A DNA stretch of 64,000 nt. Origin: Octopus sinensis (lineage: Eukaryota). Under the pieces are notes generated by a model. It had not been told where the DNA came from, ran no database searches, and saw only the letters and a program-made list of their open reading frames with translations. The translations under genes were made by a program, and so were the position numbers. This document shows, in pieces, positions 1-12,495 of the stretch (within the stretch, counting starts at the first letter, position 1; the number at the start of each line of letters is the position of its first letter). The DNA lies in assembly GCF_006345805.1 (NCBI RefSeq), contig NC_043008.1, positions 9,672,001-9,736,000 on the forward strand, written 5' to 3'.

Positions 1-10
1 TATTATTATT

Positions 11-71
<61 letters not shown>

Positions 72-72
72 T
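1..72. repeat. (AAT)n microsatellite
   Basis: Direct reading of tandem aat/att units. Confidence 0.95.
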
Positions 73-182
73 CTCCATTATTTATAATTATACACTACTA
101 CCTTTTGAATTTTGGCGCTAGCCTCTCAACAGTTTTAACAAGCTTGTACGAGGCGACTTACCGTTTAGCCCCAGGCAGCGAG

Positions 183-239
183 ACCCATTGAGGAGGACTA
201 AAAGAATTATCTCAGAGTTCGAAATCACGTGATATGGGT
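183..239 (+). ncRNA. Minimal type-I hammerhead ribozyme motif (U3 variant core)
   Basis: Helix I accca/tgggt; core TTGAGGA (188-194); helix II ggact/agttc; GAAA (221-224); palindromic helix III ATCACGTGAT followed by A. Lies in a ~400-bp segment between (AAT)n tracts. Confidence 0.75.
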
Positions 240-539
240 ATATTTGCAATTTCATTTGCGATTGTCCCTCGCTTTGGTATCTTGGCTATTTTTCTCGCTC
301 CCCCGATTTCGTCAGCTTGTTAACTTTCAGTGTTTGTGGCTAATTGAGTGGCATTTGACTCCTATTTCTAGCGAAATTGGTGCTATCTACTACCCTTGTT
401 TATTATTTGCCTTTTTTTGCTAGCTGGCCACAATGTTATCATTACTTAATAATAATAATATCTTCGATAGAGTGGTTGTATACTGTCACCCAATAAAATC
501 TTCATTATTTATAAATGTGTGTGTAAATAGATATAGAAA

Positions 540-935
<396 letters not shown>

Positions 936-1741
936 TGTTTCTTTATTAGCCACACAGGGCTGCACACAGATAGAACAAATTACAAGGTAGAGCTTTTCTT
1001 TTGAAGGTTTAAAAAAAAAAAAAAAAAGGAAGGGGAGTTTCGATCAAAAGGGATCGTAAAAGGAGAGAAAGAGGACAAAAAAAAAGGGGGGTTAAAAAAA
1101 AAGGGGGAGAGGAAAAAATGATCAATAGGGATCGTTATCACAGAAATGTCAATATGAAGTGTAAAGGGGAGGACAGGTGAGGTTTACCCGTGGAAAGAAA
1201 AGCCTACGGAAAAGACCACGGTAGCCTCGGTCAATGAAGTCACATTTTATATTTCTTTTTTTTTTTTTTTTTTTTGCAAATAAGCAACTCTCTGTTTTCG
1301 ATTTCTGGGTTCATAGGACTATGCTCAAGGTGGCTTCGTCATTCATACGTGCCATTCTTGCTACATTCACCCATCTTTTTTTAAAACATTCGCTAGACAA
1401 AACTTGCCTCTCTACTCTCACTTTCCTTTTCAAGTGGTACTTGAAGAAGTTGATGAGAGATTGACCAGAGAGGAAAGTGTTTGTCTCCAATCCTTTCAGA
1501 CGCGTCCACCAGATACATTCTTTCGCCATAGCCACAAGGATGATGAAAATAGCTCTTCCTTCCCGTTTGAAGGAAGGAGGCGTGACAATATTGACGATAG
1601 ACTCAGCTGATAAACCGACTCGTCCCACACGTGACAGCAGTTGTTCGACATAAGCCCACAGGTCGGAAATTGTTGGACACTGAACGAGTGCGTGCAGAAC
1701 GGTTTCGTCGCTCTGACCGCATCTCGGGCAGGTCGGCCCCG
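936..1741 (-). mobile_element. 5'-truncated L1/Tx1-like non-LTR retrotransposon (ORF2 C-terminal zinc-binding region plus 3' UTR) inside (GATA)n
   Basis: Frame 1740->1311 reads GPTCPRCGQSDETVLHALVQCPTISDLW... (CxxC...H...C, zf-RVT-like) and ends at a stop at 1311. The 3' UTR ends ...ggctAATAAAgaaaca. (GATA)n lies on both sides. Confidence 0.85.
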
Positions 1742-1815
<74 letters not shown>

Positions 1816-2355
1816 TACATATATACAATCACGTAGGACTGCACATTCAAATATACATGTGCATACATACACACACACGTGATACATATATGTGTGTGTG
1901 TGCGTATGTCTGTGGGTGGGCGTGCGTATGTGTGTGGGTGCGTGCGCGCTTTTGTGTATGTGTGTATGTGTGTTACTGGCAAGCAGGTAAAAAGGAAAAT
2001 AATTCAGGATAAGCGAAAATAAACTTCATTAAACCGCATAAAACATGCATGGTAGTGTTGCAAAATGTAGCAGACCACGTAAAATGGTGCAGTGAGGGGG
2101 AAAAATTGTAATTAAAAATGTTTGCATACTCTAAATTGCGAAAGAAACTAAAAATACACAAGGAAGCGAAGAAAGTAACAGAAAGCTCTGTAGATTTGCG
2201 GAACAGCTCGCTATATTTGCCTGAAGAATAGAAATTAGACGGTGAAATACTTACAAAGAGTGGCCGCCAGTTGAAAGCCTACTGTTGGCCGTAGAAGGAA
2301 AGAATCTCCGGAAAGTTAGGAGTAATTTGTCTTGTTGTTTTTGGTAATCAAAACC

Positions 2356-2727
2356 CCGTCGGTTACGACGACGAGGGTTCCAGTCGATCCGATCAACGGA
2401 ACGGCCTGCTCGTGAAATTAACGTGCAAGTGGCTGAGCACTCCACACACACATGTACCCCTAACGTAGTTCTCGGTGAGATTCAGCGTGACACAGAGTGT
2501 GACAAAGCTGGCCCTTTGAAATACAGGCACAACAGAAACAGGCAGAAAGAGTGAGAGAGAGAGTTGTGAAAGAGTACAGCAGGGTCCACCAGCACCTCCT
2601 GCCGGAGCCTCATGGAGCTTCAGGTGTTTTCGCTCAATAATACACACACAGCGCCCGGTCTGGGAATCGAAACCGTTATCCTATGTCCGCGAGTCCGCTA
2701 CCCTAACCAATGGGCCATTGCGCTTCC
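2356..2727 (-). mobile_element. tRNA-derived SINE, family C
   Basis: Head ggaagcgcaatggcccattggttagg...ggtttcgattccc (A/B boxes). Body matches the copies at 26225 and 43475. Confidence 0.85.
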
Positions 2728-3544
2728 ACAATGTGTCTTGTAGTAAAGTTTAAATAGACATATTAGTGAAACAGAATGGATTAAAGAGGTGCAAATATGA
2801 AGACGAAATGAGGGAGGAAATGTACAGCAGCTTCTAGCGAACCAGTTAGGTTTTAAAAGATACACGTAATACCCTAGTGCTCACCTAAGATGACAAGGCG
2901 TCCAAACGTTTCTGCCACCTCGCCACCCCTGTGAGTGTAAAATATATTATGGCAATCTTTGCATGAAGCGTGATGAGGCTTGCTGTTGTCAAAGGCTCGA
3001 TATATCAAAGAGCTACGGATATACTTGATGAAACTGAGAGCTACTCCTTTCAAATGAGGTTCAGATTGCCGACATGGAAACAGAATACTTCTCGAAAGGA
3101 ATTTCTCTTAATAATTCAAACAGTTATCATTACTAAATAGAAGGATTCTGATTTCGAAGACCTGTCTCTTTGGCAACTTATGCAATGAAAGTCTAGTAAA
3201 ATGCTCTCAGATTTCAGTAAAAAATACTTAATATTGCATTTACAATTGTTTTAGTGATCGGAGATACAATAGCTGCCTAGAAGTGAAACGATTATCACTA
3301 AATATTTCATCTGCAAAGCTTTATCGACTTTTAGAGGCTGATTACGAAACTAATCACCTACAATTAATATAGGTTGGTTGTCTCGTGAATTGGTTGTCAA
3401 CCTGCCGACATTATTTTTTCGCTTTACCTACTAATTATCATGTAATTATCATGTAATTTACCATCTAATTATCATGTCACAAAACTCCTCCTACACCCAA
3501 AAGACTACCCTAATCCTAACCCCAAAGACACGAATCCAAGCAGG

Positions 3545-3592
3545 TGGCGGTCTGATGAAGGAGAGAACACTGAAACTGCGAAGTCACTATCA
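3545..3592 (+). ncRNA. Type-I hammerhead ribozyme motif with canonical core
   Basis: tggcggt-CTGATGA(3552-3558)-ag..ct-GAAA(3572-3575)-ct-GCGA-ag-TC-actatca. GUC cleavage triplet; GNRA loop on helix III; helix II is weak. Confidence 0.65.
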
Positions 3593-3703
3593 ACTCTTCC
3601 CTTGTGAAAATGTAAGAAACGTACTCTACTAAGAAATATGGAATAGTCATCGGTTTCATGTTAAATTCTTTTTTACATAGCTTAACATAAACGGAAGCAT
3701 TAA

Positions 3704-3734
<31 letters not shown>

Positions 3735-3899
3735 GTGTGTAGTTTTAGAAAACTACATAGGCAAAGGGAAGAAGCTCAGAGAATGAAGGAAATTGAGCAG
3801 GGAAATTATGTAGCAATGAAATCGTGATTTGGTTTCGTTGCACTAATGAGCTCAGCGAAAGGAGAATCGGTCGACACCTGAGGGAAAAATGTAAAAGAG

Positions 3900-4432
3900 C
3901 AAGCGAAAGAAGAAGAAGAAGAAGAAGAAGAAGAAGAAGAAGAAGAAGAAGAAGAAGAAGAAAAGAAGAGGGGGAGAGGAGAAGAAGAAGAAGAAGAAGA
4001 AGAAGAAAAGAATAGGGGGAGGGGAGGAGAAGGAGAAGAAGAAGAAAAGATGAGGGGGGGGGGAGGAGAAGAAGAGAAGAAGAAGAAGAAGAAGAAGAAG
4101 AGGGGGAGGAGGAGGAGGAGGAGAAGGAGAAGAAGAAGAAGAAGAAGAAGAAGAAGATGAAGAAAAGAAGAGGGGGAGGAGAAGAAGAAGAAGAAGAAGA
4201 AAAGAAGAGGGGGAGGAGGAGGAGAAGAAGAAGAAGAAGAAGAAAGAAGAGAGGGAGGAGGAGGAGAAGAAGAAGAAGAAGAAGAAGATGAAGAAAAGAA
4301 GAGGGGAGGAGAAGAAGAGAAGAAGAAGAAGAAAAGAAGAGGGGGAGGAGAAGAAGAAGAAGAAGAAGAAGAAGAAGAAGAAGAAAAGAAGAGGGGAGGA
4401 GGAGGAGGAGAAGGAAAGAAGAAGAAGAAGAT
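3900..4432. repeat. (GAA)n/(GGA)n polypurine compound repeat
   Basis: Direct reading; almost purely purine on the + strand. Confidence 0.95.
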
Positions 4433-4764
4433 TGGAATACAGAGAAAGATGGTGGTGCAAACAAAGACGAAAAATGTGAGTTAATAATGTTTTACGACAA
4501 GATTAGAAGCATGTTTAATGAGTTGTAATCAAGGAAGCAAATGAATGGACAAGAAGAAGAAGAAGAAGAAGAAGAAGAAACGAAAAGGAAAAGGAGAAAG
4601 AAGAAAAACGAGTGAAAAAGACGGAAGGAAAAAACGGAGACTGAATCCAGAAGTACAAAGTAAAGAGAGAAAAGGAAGATGGGAGGGAGGAGATGGAGAG
4701 AGGAAGGGGGAGAGAGGGAGAGAATGTGATGGTAATAATAGGATATTACAACAGCTGATACATG

Positions 4765-4886
4765 GATGCATATACATATACATACATACATACATACATA
4801 TACTCACACACATACATACATATACATACATATGCATATATTCATATACATACATACATACATATACATACATACATACATATACA

Positions 4887-4918
<32 letters not shown>

Positions 4919-4924
4919 CATACA

Positions 4925-4956
<32 letters not shown>

Positions 4957-5280
4957 CATACATACATACATACAAACATACATACATATACATACATACA
5001 TATACATACATACATATACATACATACATATACATACATACATGCATACATACATACATACACACACACACATACATACATATACATACATATACATACA
5101 TATATACATATACATACATACATATGCATAGATACATATACATACATACATATACATACATACATGCATGCATACATACATACATACACATACATACATA
5201 CATACATGCATGCATACATACATACATACATACATACATACATACATACATACATACATACATACATAGCAGAATATACA
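4765..5280. repeat. (CATA)n/(CATATA)n microsatellite
   Basis: Direct reading; explains the overlapping HTYI/MYVC ORFs. Confidence 0.95.
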
Positions 5281-5828
5281 TACATATGTACGTATGTACG
5301 TAGATAAAACGCATGTTACAAATACAGTCTGGAAGCAGAACAGTAAAAATAAACAAGTTTTTTCTAAAGTTCGTTAACTTGTTTCATTGCTCTTCTTCTA
5401 AGACTAGACAACTCTGATCAAGCAGATCTATGTTCAAAATACATTTCAGCCTTGACCATCAAATTTTTTTTCTTCAGATTCAGTCTAATATTACTTACCC
5501 AGTGAAACCTTTTGTTTAGTACGGTAGCATATGATTTGGGAGAAATTTAGCTGATATTTCTGACATATCTGAACTGCTTGCAGCGCAACTATGTGCGAAT
5601 CTCTTCGGACACAATCTGTGAATTTTGGTTTTCTGTGGAATGTGGTAGACTATACTTTAGGAGTTGGCTTGAATCAACTATTTATGTTTCTGATGGGCCA
5701 TGAATAAAGCACGTGTGATACCATGAATAGTTAGCATAAACTTCAAACTGTTAATATAATAAAAATAAATATATATATATTATATATGTATTATGTATGT
5801 ATAGGCGCAGAAGTGGCTATGTGGTATA

Positions 5829-5995
5829 GGCGCAGGAGTGGCTGTGTGGTAAGTAGCTTGCTTACCACATGGTTCTGGGTTCAGTCCTACTGCGTGGCAC
5901 CTTGGGCAAGTGTCTTCTACGATAGCCTCGGGCCGACCAAAGCCTTGTCAGTGGATTTGGTAGACGGAAACTGAAAGAAGCTCGTCGTATATATG

Positions 5996-6030
<35 letters not shown>

Positions 6031-6240
6031 TTGTGTGTCTGTGTTTGTCTCCCCAACATCGCTTGACAACCGATGCTGGTGTGTTTATGTCCCCGTAACT
6101 TAGCGGTTCGGCAAAAGAGACCGATAGAATAAGTACTAGGTTAACAAAGAATAAGTCCTGGGGTCGATTTGCTCGACTAAAGGCGGTGCTCCAGCATGGC
6201 CGCAGTCAACTGACTGAAACAAGTAAAAGAGCGTAAAAGA
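5829..6240 (+). mobile_element. tRNA-derived SINE, family A (full length)
   Basis: Head ggcgcaggagtggctgtgtggtaag...gggttcagtcc; internal (GT)n; tail ...tgactgaaacaagtaaaaga. The first ~25 bp are duplicated at 5804-5828. Confidence 0.9.
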
Positions 6241-6312
6241 TATACGGGTAAGTGAATCACGTAGAAGCCATAGTCAAGGTGATACATCTCTGGCCAACAT
6301 ACTTATCCGTCG

Positions 6313-6560
6313 GGATCTTTTCTGTTGCTGTCACTGATTTTGAAATTTTAAAATTAAGTGAAAATTTTAAAATTTGGTATATTGAGTAATTTTTCACGCT
6401 GAATCTGATGTTGTTATTCACTTGTTGCTTTAAGTAGACAACAGCTTGACTTGTTACCATGGAAACTGGTATCAATGTGTCTGTAACTTTCGATCGGCTA
6501 AAATTACCTAAAATTTACAAATCTTACAAGCTGTTAATTTTTTTTAGTTATTAATTTATA
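6313..6560 (+). mobile_element. Left part of a GGATCTTTTC-ended MITE (relative of 57096-58250)
   Basis: Begins ggatcttttctgttgctgtcac. Internal sequence matches 57120-57185 and 58005-58095. Right end not found. Confidence 0.7.
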
Positions 6561-7523
6561 GTAAAAAAAAAAAAAACAAATGTAATTTCCATAATTAGTA
6601 TACAAAGCTATAACCCCGAAAGGGTGAAAGGCAAAGTGAACCTCGGCGGAATTTGAACTCAGAACGTAACGGCAGACGAAATAAACAAAGAAATAAACAA
6701 ACAAGCAAAAAAGTTAAATAAAACCATTACGTGTATTTATTATTGGCATAACGACTCTCCCAAGATACAACAAAACATGTTCAACACACGAGTTCCCATC
6801 AAGAATCTTGCAAACCAAATACAGAAAGAAAAAAATGGTATTATTATTTTAAAGGTGTTGGTGAGGCGGAACTTCGAAGTAAACACTAGACTGTTTTTAG
6901 TTCATTCTCTGTACATCTTATGCGAAGTTATTGTACCGGATGGCTTCGTTTTTACCCACTGCTCTCGCATAGTCGACCAGCGAAGTACCAGTCATATGCT
7001 TGGGTCAGTTCAGGTAATGACAGCTTTTGCTAACAATTTGTAGCCTTGTAGCAACTATTACCAGATATCGTATTGATGTCTTTTGATCAGCGACACGTCT
7101 AAGATTTAAAATATTGAAAAGATTTCTTGTTTTGTCTTCCGAGAGATTAACAGTAAAATCGGTGTCAGCAGAATTTGATCTGAGCAGAAATAAAGGGATG
7201 CATTCATACTGGCTTCTCTTCCTCACATCGTTGACCGGGGAGGATATCGACCGAACAAAGAGAATATCTGCGCAAGACTTGTACTTTTATTTCATCAGAT
7301 CTCGGAGCAATGAAACAACAATGAAAACCAAGTGTGTTATTATACGGTTGTATATATCTTATGTGTGTTTAAGTCATTATAATAGAATGTAGCCTCGTAG
7401 AACACTTCACATCTAACATTCAGAACAATAGTATATTTTAGTAGTATTTATGCTCCGTTTCGTAATTTACTTTCCTCTTCAAAATCTCGCATTCATCTGT
7501 TAACAGTATTTATCATTAGCAGA

Positions 7524-8103
7524 CGGCGAGCTGGCAGAATCGTTAGCACGCCGGGCGAAATGCTAACATTCTGAGTTCGTTGCGTTCTGAGTTCAAATTC
7601 CGCCGGGGTCGATTTTGCCTGTCATCCTTTCCGGGTCGATAAGTTAAGTACCAGTTATGCACTGGGGTCGATATAATCGACTTAATCCGTTTGTCTGTCC
7701 TTGTTAGTCCTCTCTGTGTTTAGCCCCTTGTGGGTAGTAAAGAAATAGGTATTTCGTCTGCTGTTACGTTCTGAGATCCAATTCCGCCGATGTCGGCTTT
7801 GCCTTTCATCCTTACGGAGTCGATTAAATAAGTACCAGTTACGCACTGGGGTCGATATAATCGACTTAATCCGTTTGTCTGTCCTTGTTTGTCCTCTCTA
7901 TGCTTAACCCCTTGTGGGTAGTAAAGAAATAGGTATTTCGTCTGTCTTTACGTTCTGAGTTCAAATTCCGCCGACGTCGACTTTGCCTTTCATACTTTCG
8001 GTTTCGGGGTCGATAATTTAAGGACCAGTTGCGTACCGGGGTCGATCTAATAGACTAGCGGCCCTCCCCCAAAATTTCGGGCCTTGTGCCTAGAATATAA
8101 AAG
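7524..8103 (+). mobile_element. SINE family B, tandem array of ~3 units
   Basis: Head ggcgagctggcagaatcgttagc; repeated gagttcaaattccgccg...gtcgat units. Two units end in ...agccccttgtgggtagtaaagaaata; the last ends in ...gggccttgtgcctagaa. Confidence 0.9.
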
Positions 8104-8695
8104 TATTTATCACTGTTTAAAATTCCATTGAACTAAATCTTATATAAACATAGTCATTAGTAATTAATTTGCACTTGTTAATTTTGTTTTCGTTTTGCTT
8201 TTCTCTCTTTGTTCGAAATAAGCCGCTATCTTCATTCTCTACTCTCCCCATCTTCTCTATTTACTTTTAATTGCTATGGAATGGTGCTGCTATTGTTATG
8301 TCACTGAATTCTTGATAATTTACACCTCTTTGAACTTGCTGTAGTTGAAATCGTGACATCAATAATGGCTGGAGAAGCGAATATGGATTCAGCAGAGCAA
8401 TTTAATAAAATGCGCGTTAATTATGTAGTTCTGGTAATGTTTGCAGTCAGTTAAATGTTTAATGGTGGACAGATTGCTGTACCAGGGACAGAATGCAAAC
8501 CATTTAGAAATATACGAGTGGTCCTTATGGACGGATACTTATTTACACATGCACACACACAATATGTGAATGTGTATATGTCTGTGTGGGAGTGTGTGTG
8601 CGTGTATGTGCGTACATATGTGTGTGTGTATGTTTGTGTGTGTTAAACAGAATATGTTAGCTATGCTGCTATTACTGCAATATTCCAGTGACGGT

Positions 8696-9008
8696 GAAGG
8701 CGAGTGTCTTAGTGGTTACAGTATTCGGCTCCCGATCGTAAAATCGTGAGTTCAATTCCCAGCGCCGCGTTGTGTCCTTGAGCAAAGCACTTTACTTCAC
8801 GTCGCTCCAGCTGGCAAAAGTGAGTTGTACCTGCAATTCAAAGGGCCAGCCTTGTGGCGTTCTGTGTCATACTGTATCTCCCTGAGAACTACGTTAAGGG
8901 TACGTGTGTCTGTGGGGTACTCAGCCACTTGCACATTCATTTCACGAGCAGGCTGTTCTGTTGATCCGGACAACTGGAACCCTCGTCATCGTAACTGACG
9001 GAGAGCCA
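8696..9008 (+). mobile_element. SINE family C variant
   Basis: tRNA-like head (gagttcaattccc) with the 3' half shared with family C. Confidence 0.75.
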
Positions 9009-9861
9009 CTTCGAGTGCCGTGTCTTATTCAAATGGAATTCATTGGACCTTTCTATGCGTGTTCGTCATCAACTTTAAACATTTAGGAAACCAACAAAGG
9101 AAGAAACTTCAGGATTTTTTTTCTTAACGAGGTCACCTGCACACAATTATATATACTTCTATCTAGTTTCCAACTACTAAAGAGATTGACAAGGCACTTG
9201 TCCAAGGTACTGTGCTTTGGGACTGAACCCAGAACCATGTGATTACAAAGCGAGCTTCAAAATACCACTCAGTGAGATAGAACCTCCGACCTCTTGATTG
9301 TGAGGCCTCCCGCTTACCGTACGGCAATCCTGTATCTGCTTCAGACATGACAACACATCAATAACATTGTTAACTCAAAATTGCTTGCACAAAACATTAT
9401 TCTAAATAGATATTTCATCGTTATCTGAGACAGTATTTAATATATAACAGTGTCATTGTGTGTTTAAGTCGTTATTGCCAAGCGTTAGTTTCTAACAGTT
9501 AGGATAAATACTATATTCATACGTCCAATATATTAGACATATTTATTTTCTCCTGGAATAAGTGACAGCGATATTTGATTAGCCTCAGATCGGTGTGGGC
9601 GAAAAATAGGATGTGTGACGATGCCAGTCACCACGGGAATCTTTCTTTTTCTTTTTTTACTTGTTTCAGTCATTAGAGCGCCACCATACAGGGGCATCGC
9701 CTTGGAGGATGTTTAATCCAATGAATCGACACCAGTACTTTTAGTATTATTATTATACATTATTATTATTATTATTATTATATTATTATTATTATTATTA
9801 TTATTATTATCATCATCATCATCATCATCATTATTATTATTATTATTATTATTATCATCAA

Positions 9862-9900
<39 letters not shown>

Positions 9901-10046
9901 TATTTTTTTTCTTCCTTTTTTTTCTTCTTTCAAATTTGCTTCCATTTCTTGCCGAGTGTCTTCCCGACTCCTAGGGCAAAGAAACTCATAGTATACATTG
10001 GTAGGCCATTAAACTAAACTCACTAGTTCGTTAATTTTTTAAAAAA

Positions 10047-10103
<57 letters not shown>

Positions 10104-10320
10104 CATATATTACCCTGCTACATATTCTATCAGTCTTTTGCAGAACCGCTAAGTTGCGGAGCCATAAACATCCCAACACCGGTTGTGAAGCTGTGGTTTT
10201 TGGAAGCACACTGATAAAAAGACACACACACTTACACACACACACACGCACACACACACATACACCATACACTCACACACACCACACATAAATATATATA
10301 CATATATATACATAAAAATA

Positions 10321-10840
10321 TATAGCAAGCAGTCTTATCGATAAAGGTACGAAACTGAGTATTAGTATTTTTGGTCGATAACTGATGAAGAATTAGAGTC
10401 TATCTCTGTCTGTCCTACTTGTACATTTTGTAGTATTTGATATATTTGCATATATATATATATATATAAGTGATTTTAATGATTCTAACAATTTATATTA
10501 ATGTTTTTTAATAACTATTTGTATTCTTATTTTAAATGTATTGAATTTCATACTGTATATATGTATGTTATTATGGTTCTAGTTTTGTTAATTAAATAAG
10601 ACAATATTCTAATACCCTAAAGCTGATAAACCAAGTAATGTGCTTCTCCATTTTCTTATTTGTAATATAAATTAATGGTAAAACATTTCTTTACCTTCAC
10701 CCACTTAATACAATAAGAGAGTTCATTGCATTGCAATTAAAGACACTTTTGTATTAATAATTTGGGTATTATACCAACAGTATATTGGATAAGCATTATC
10801 CCTTAGTGGGTTGGATCCACAACCCCTAACTTATTCGGTA
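10321..10840 (+). mobile_element. Penelope-like remnant with hammerhead-like motifs (GAAA half upstream of CTGATGA)
   Basis: GAAACTGAGTA at 10351, then tta...taa, then CTGATGA at 10382. Flanked by (TA)n. Helix II pairing not evident. Confidence 0.4.
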
Positions 10841-10861
10841 TATATATATATATATATATTT

Positions 10862-11288
10862 ATTCTTTTACTCTTTTACTTGTTTCAGTCATTTGACTGC
10901 GGCCATGCTGGAGCACCGCTTTTAGTCGAGCAAATCGACCCCAGGACTTAGTCTTTGTAAGTGTAGTACTTATTCTATCGGTCTCTTCTGCCGAACCGCT
11001 AAAGTTACAGGGACGTAAAAACACCAGCATCGGTTGTCAAGCGATGTTTGGGGGACAAACACACACATACAAACATACACACACACACAACCACACACAC
11101 ACACACAAATATATATATATATATACGACGCGCATCTTTCAGTTTCTGTCTACTGAATTCACTCACAAGGCTTTGGCCAGCCCGAGGCTCTTGTAGAAGA
11201 CACTTGCCCAAGGTGCCACGCAGTGGGAATGAACCCGGAACCATGTGGTTGGTAAGCAAGCTACTTACCATGCAGCAACTCCTGCGCC
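10862..11288 (-). mobile_element. SINE family A (full length)
   Basis: Reverse complement of the 5829-6240 family. Confidence 0.9.
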
Positions 11289-11504
11289 TATACGTACCAC
11301 ACACCCACACCTATATAATAAATAAACAAATAAATAATTAAGATTCCGTTGAATTTAGTACCTAAGTTGAGGCACCAAGTCAGACCGGTATTATCTGCAC
11401 AGCTCGAAACAAGTTGAATAAAAAGCAAATAAGTAACAAGGATTTGAAGGTAGTAGTGAACGGCCGTAATGCACTAATACCTAAATACCCTTATTATTTA
11501 TTTG

Positions 11505-11547
<43 letters not shown>

Positions 11548-11558
11548 ATATATATATT

Positions 11559-11785
11559 GTTATATTTCGGGAATGGTCATTTTGCCAGTTTAGCCAATAA
11601 AAAACACACGGCACTATATATTTGGTGTTATTTTGCATCAGTGTTATTTATTTTTTTACATTAATCTTAATCTTATTTCGGCCAGAGTTCTTTCGTCACA
11701 TCCTGTGATCGCATCAGTTGGTCCTTGTTTTCTTCTTCTTATTTTTATTGGCTAAACTGGCAAAATGACCATTCCGAAATATAAC
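11559..11785. mobile_element. Fold-back element in (TA)n with internal hammerhead-like motif
   Basis: Inverted arms gttatatttcgg(g)aatggtcattttgccagtttagccaataaaaa at both ends. Minus strand reads CTGATGC-gatcacaggatgtgac-GAAA-gaactc (11685-11717). Confidence 0.6.
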
Positions 11786-11843
11786 GATATCTGTTTCAAC
11801 ACACGACTTCACATAAAAAATCTTGCACAACAAATATTTAAAC

Positions 11844-11897
<54 letters not shown>

Positions 11898-12027
11898 ATA
11901 TATATTATATACGTAAATATATTTAGGGTAGCGAATATTTTTAGAAATTTCACTACCAGTAGCCTAGCATATATACATACTATGATACTGGTAATATGTT
12001 GTCGATATATATATATATATATATATA

Positions 12028-12457
12028 AAAGAAATAATTGAGATTCTGTTGAAGCACCAAATCAGTGCGGTATTATCTGTACAATTCAAAGTAAGATGAA
12101 TAAAATCAAAATAAGCAACAGGATATCAAGAAGTGATGCAGTACGACCGTTTCAAGCGGCTCCATTTAATTGAACAATCCAATTATTACTTCAATTTAAA
12201 TGCATGATTTATCCTCAGCTACATAAATAAATAAATAGAATTCTTAATCAGTCGGACACATTAATATAATTTTACTCAAATGCTCTATTTGAGGAAGAAG
12301 ACGGAAAGAGTCCATGTTGCCGCTAATGTAGCTAAGAATTATGCAGCTGAGGATAGCCCTATATTTAAATTGATGTAATGATTGCAATGTTCAATTAAAT
12401 GGAGCCGCTTAAAACGGTCCTACTGCATCACCTCTTGATATCCTGCTGCTCATTTTA

Positions 12458-12460
<3 letters not shown>
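12028..12460. mobile_element. Fold-back Penelope-like element with hammerhead motif (long helix II)
   Basis: Arms ~12110-12222 and ~12343-12455. Minus arm: gtag-CTGAGGA...GAAACGGTCGTA-ctgc. Plus arm: gcag-CTGAGGA(12347)...aaaacggtccta-ctgc. Partial relative at 11335-11480. Confidence 0.7.

Positions 12461-12495
<35 letters not shown>

Noticed and set aside
1742-1982. N-terminal part of the 223-aa ORF 1311..1982
   Set aside because: Microsatellite read-through in frame with the truncated LINE; not a real N-terminus.
3745-5356. Long ORFs (239, 202, 275 and 252 aa and overlapping ones)
   Set aside because: They are translations of (GAA)n and (CATA)n microsatellites that lack stops. The same applies to the YI/HT/VC/LSIY ORFs throughout the window.
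6850-7230. Possible old Tx1-like ORF2 fragment on the minus strand
   Set aside because: Only vague resemblance, with no diagnostic motif intact.
7524-8103. CRISPR-like regular repeats
   Set aside because: Tandem SINE units of ~180 bp with no unique spacers; eukaryotic context.
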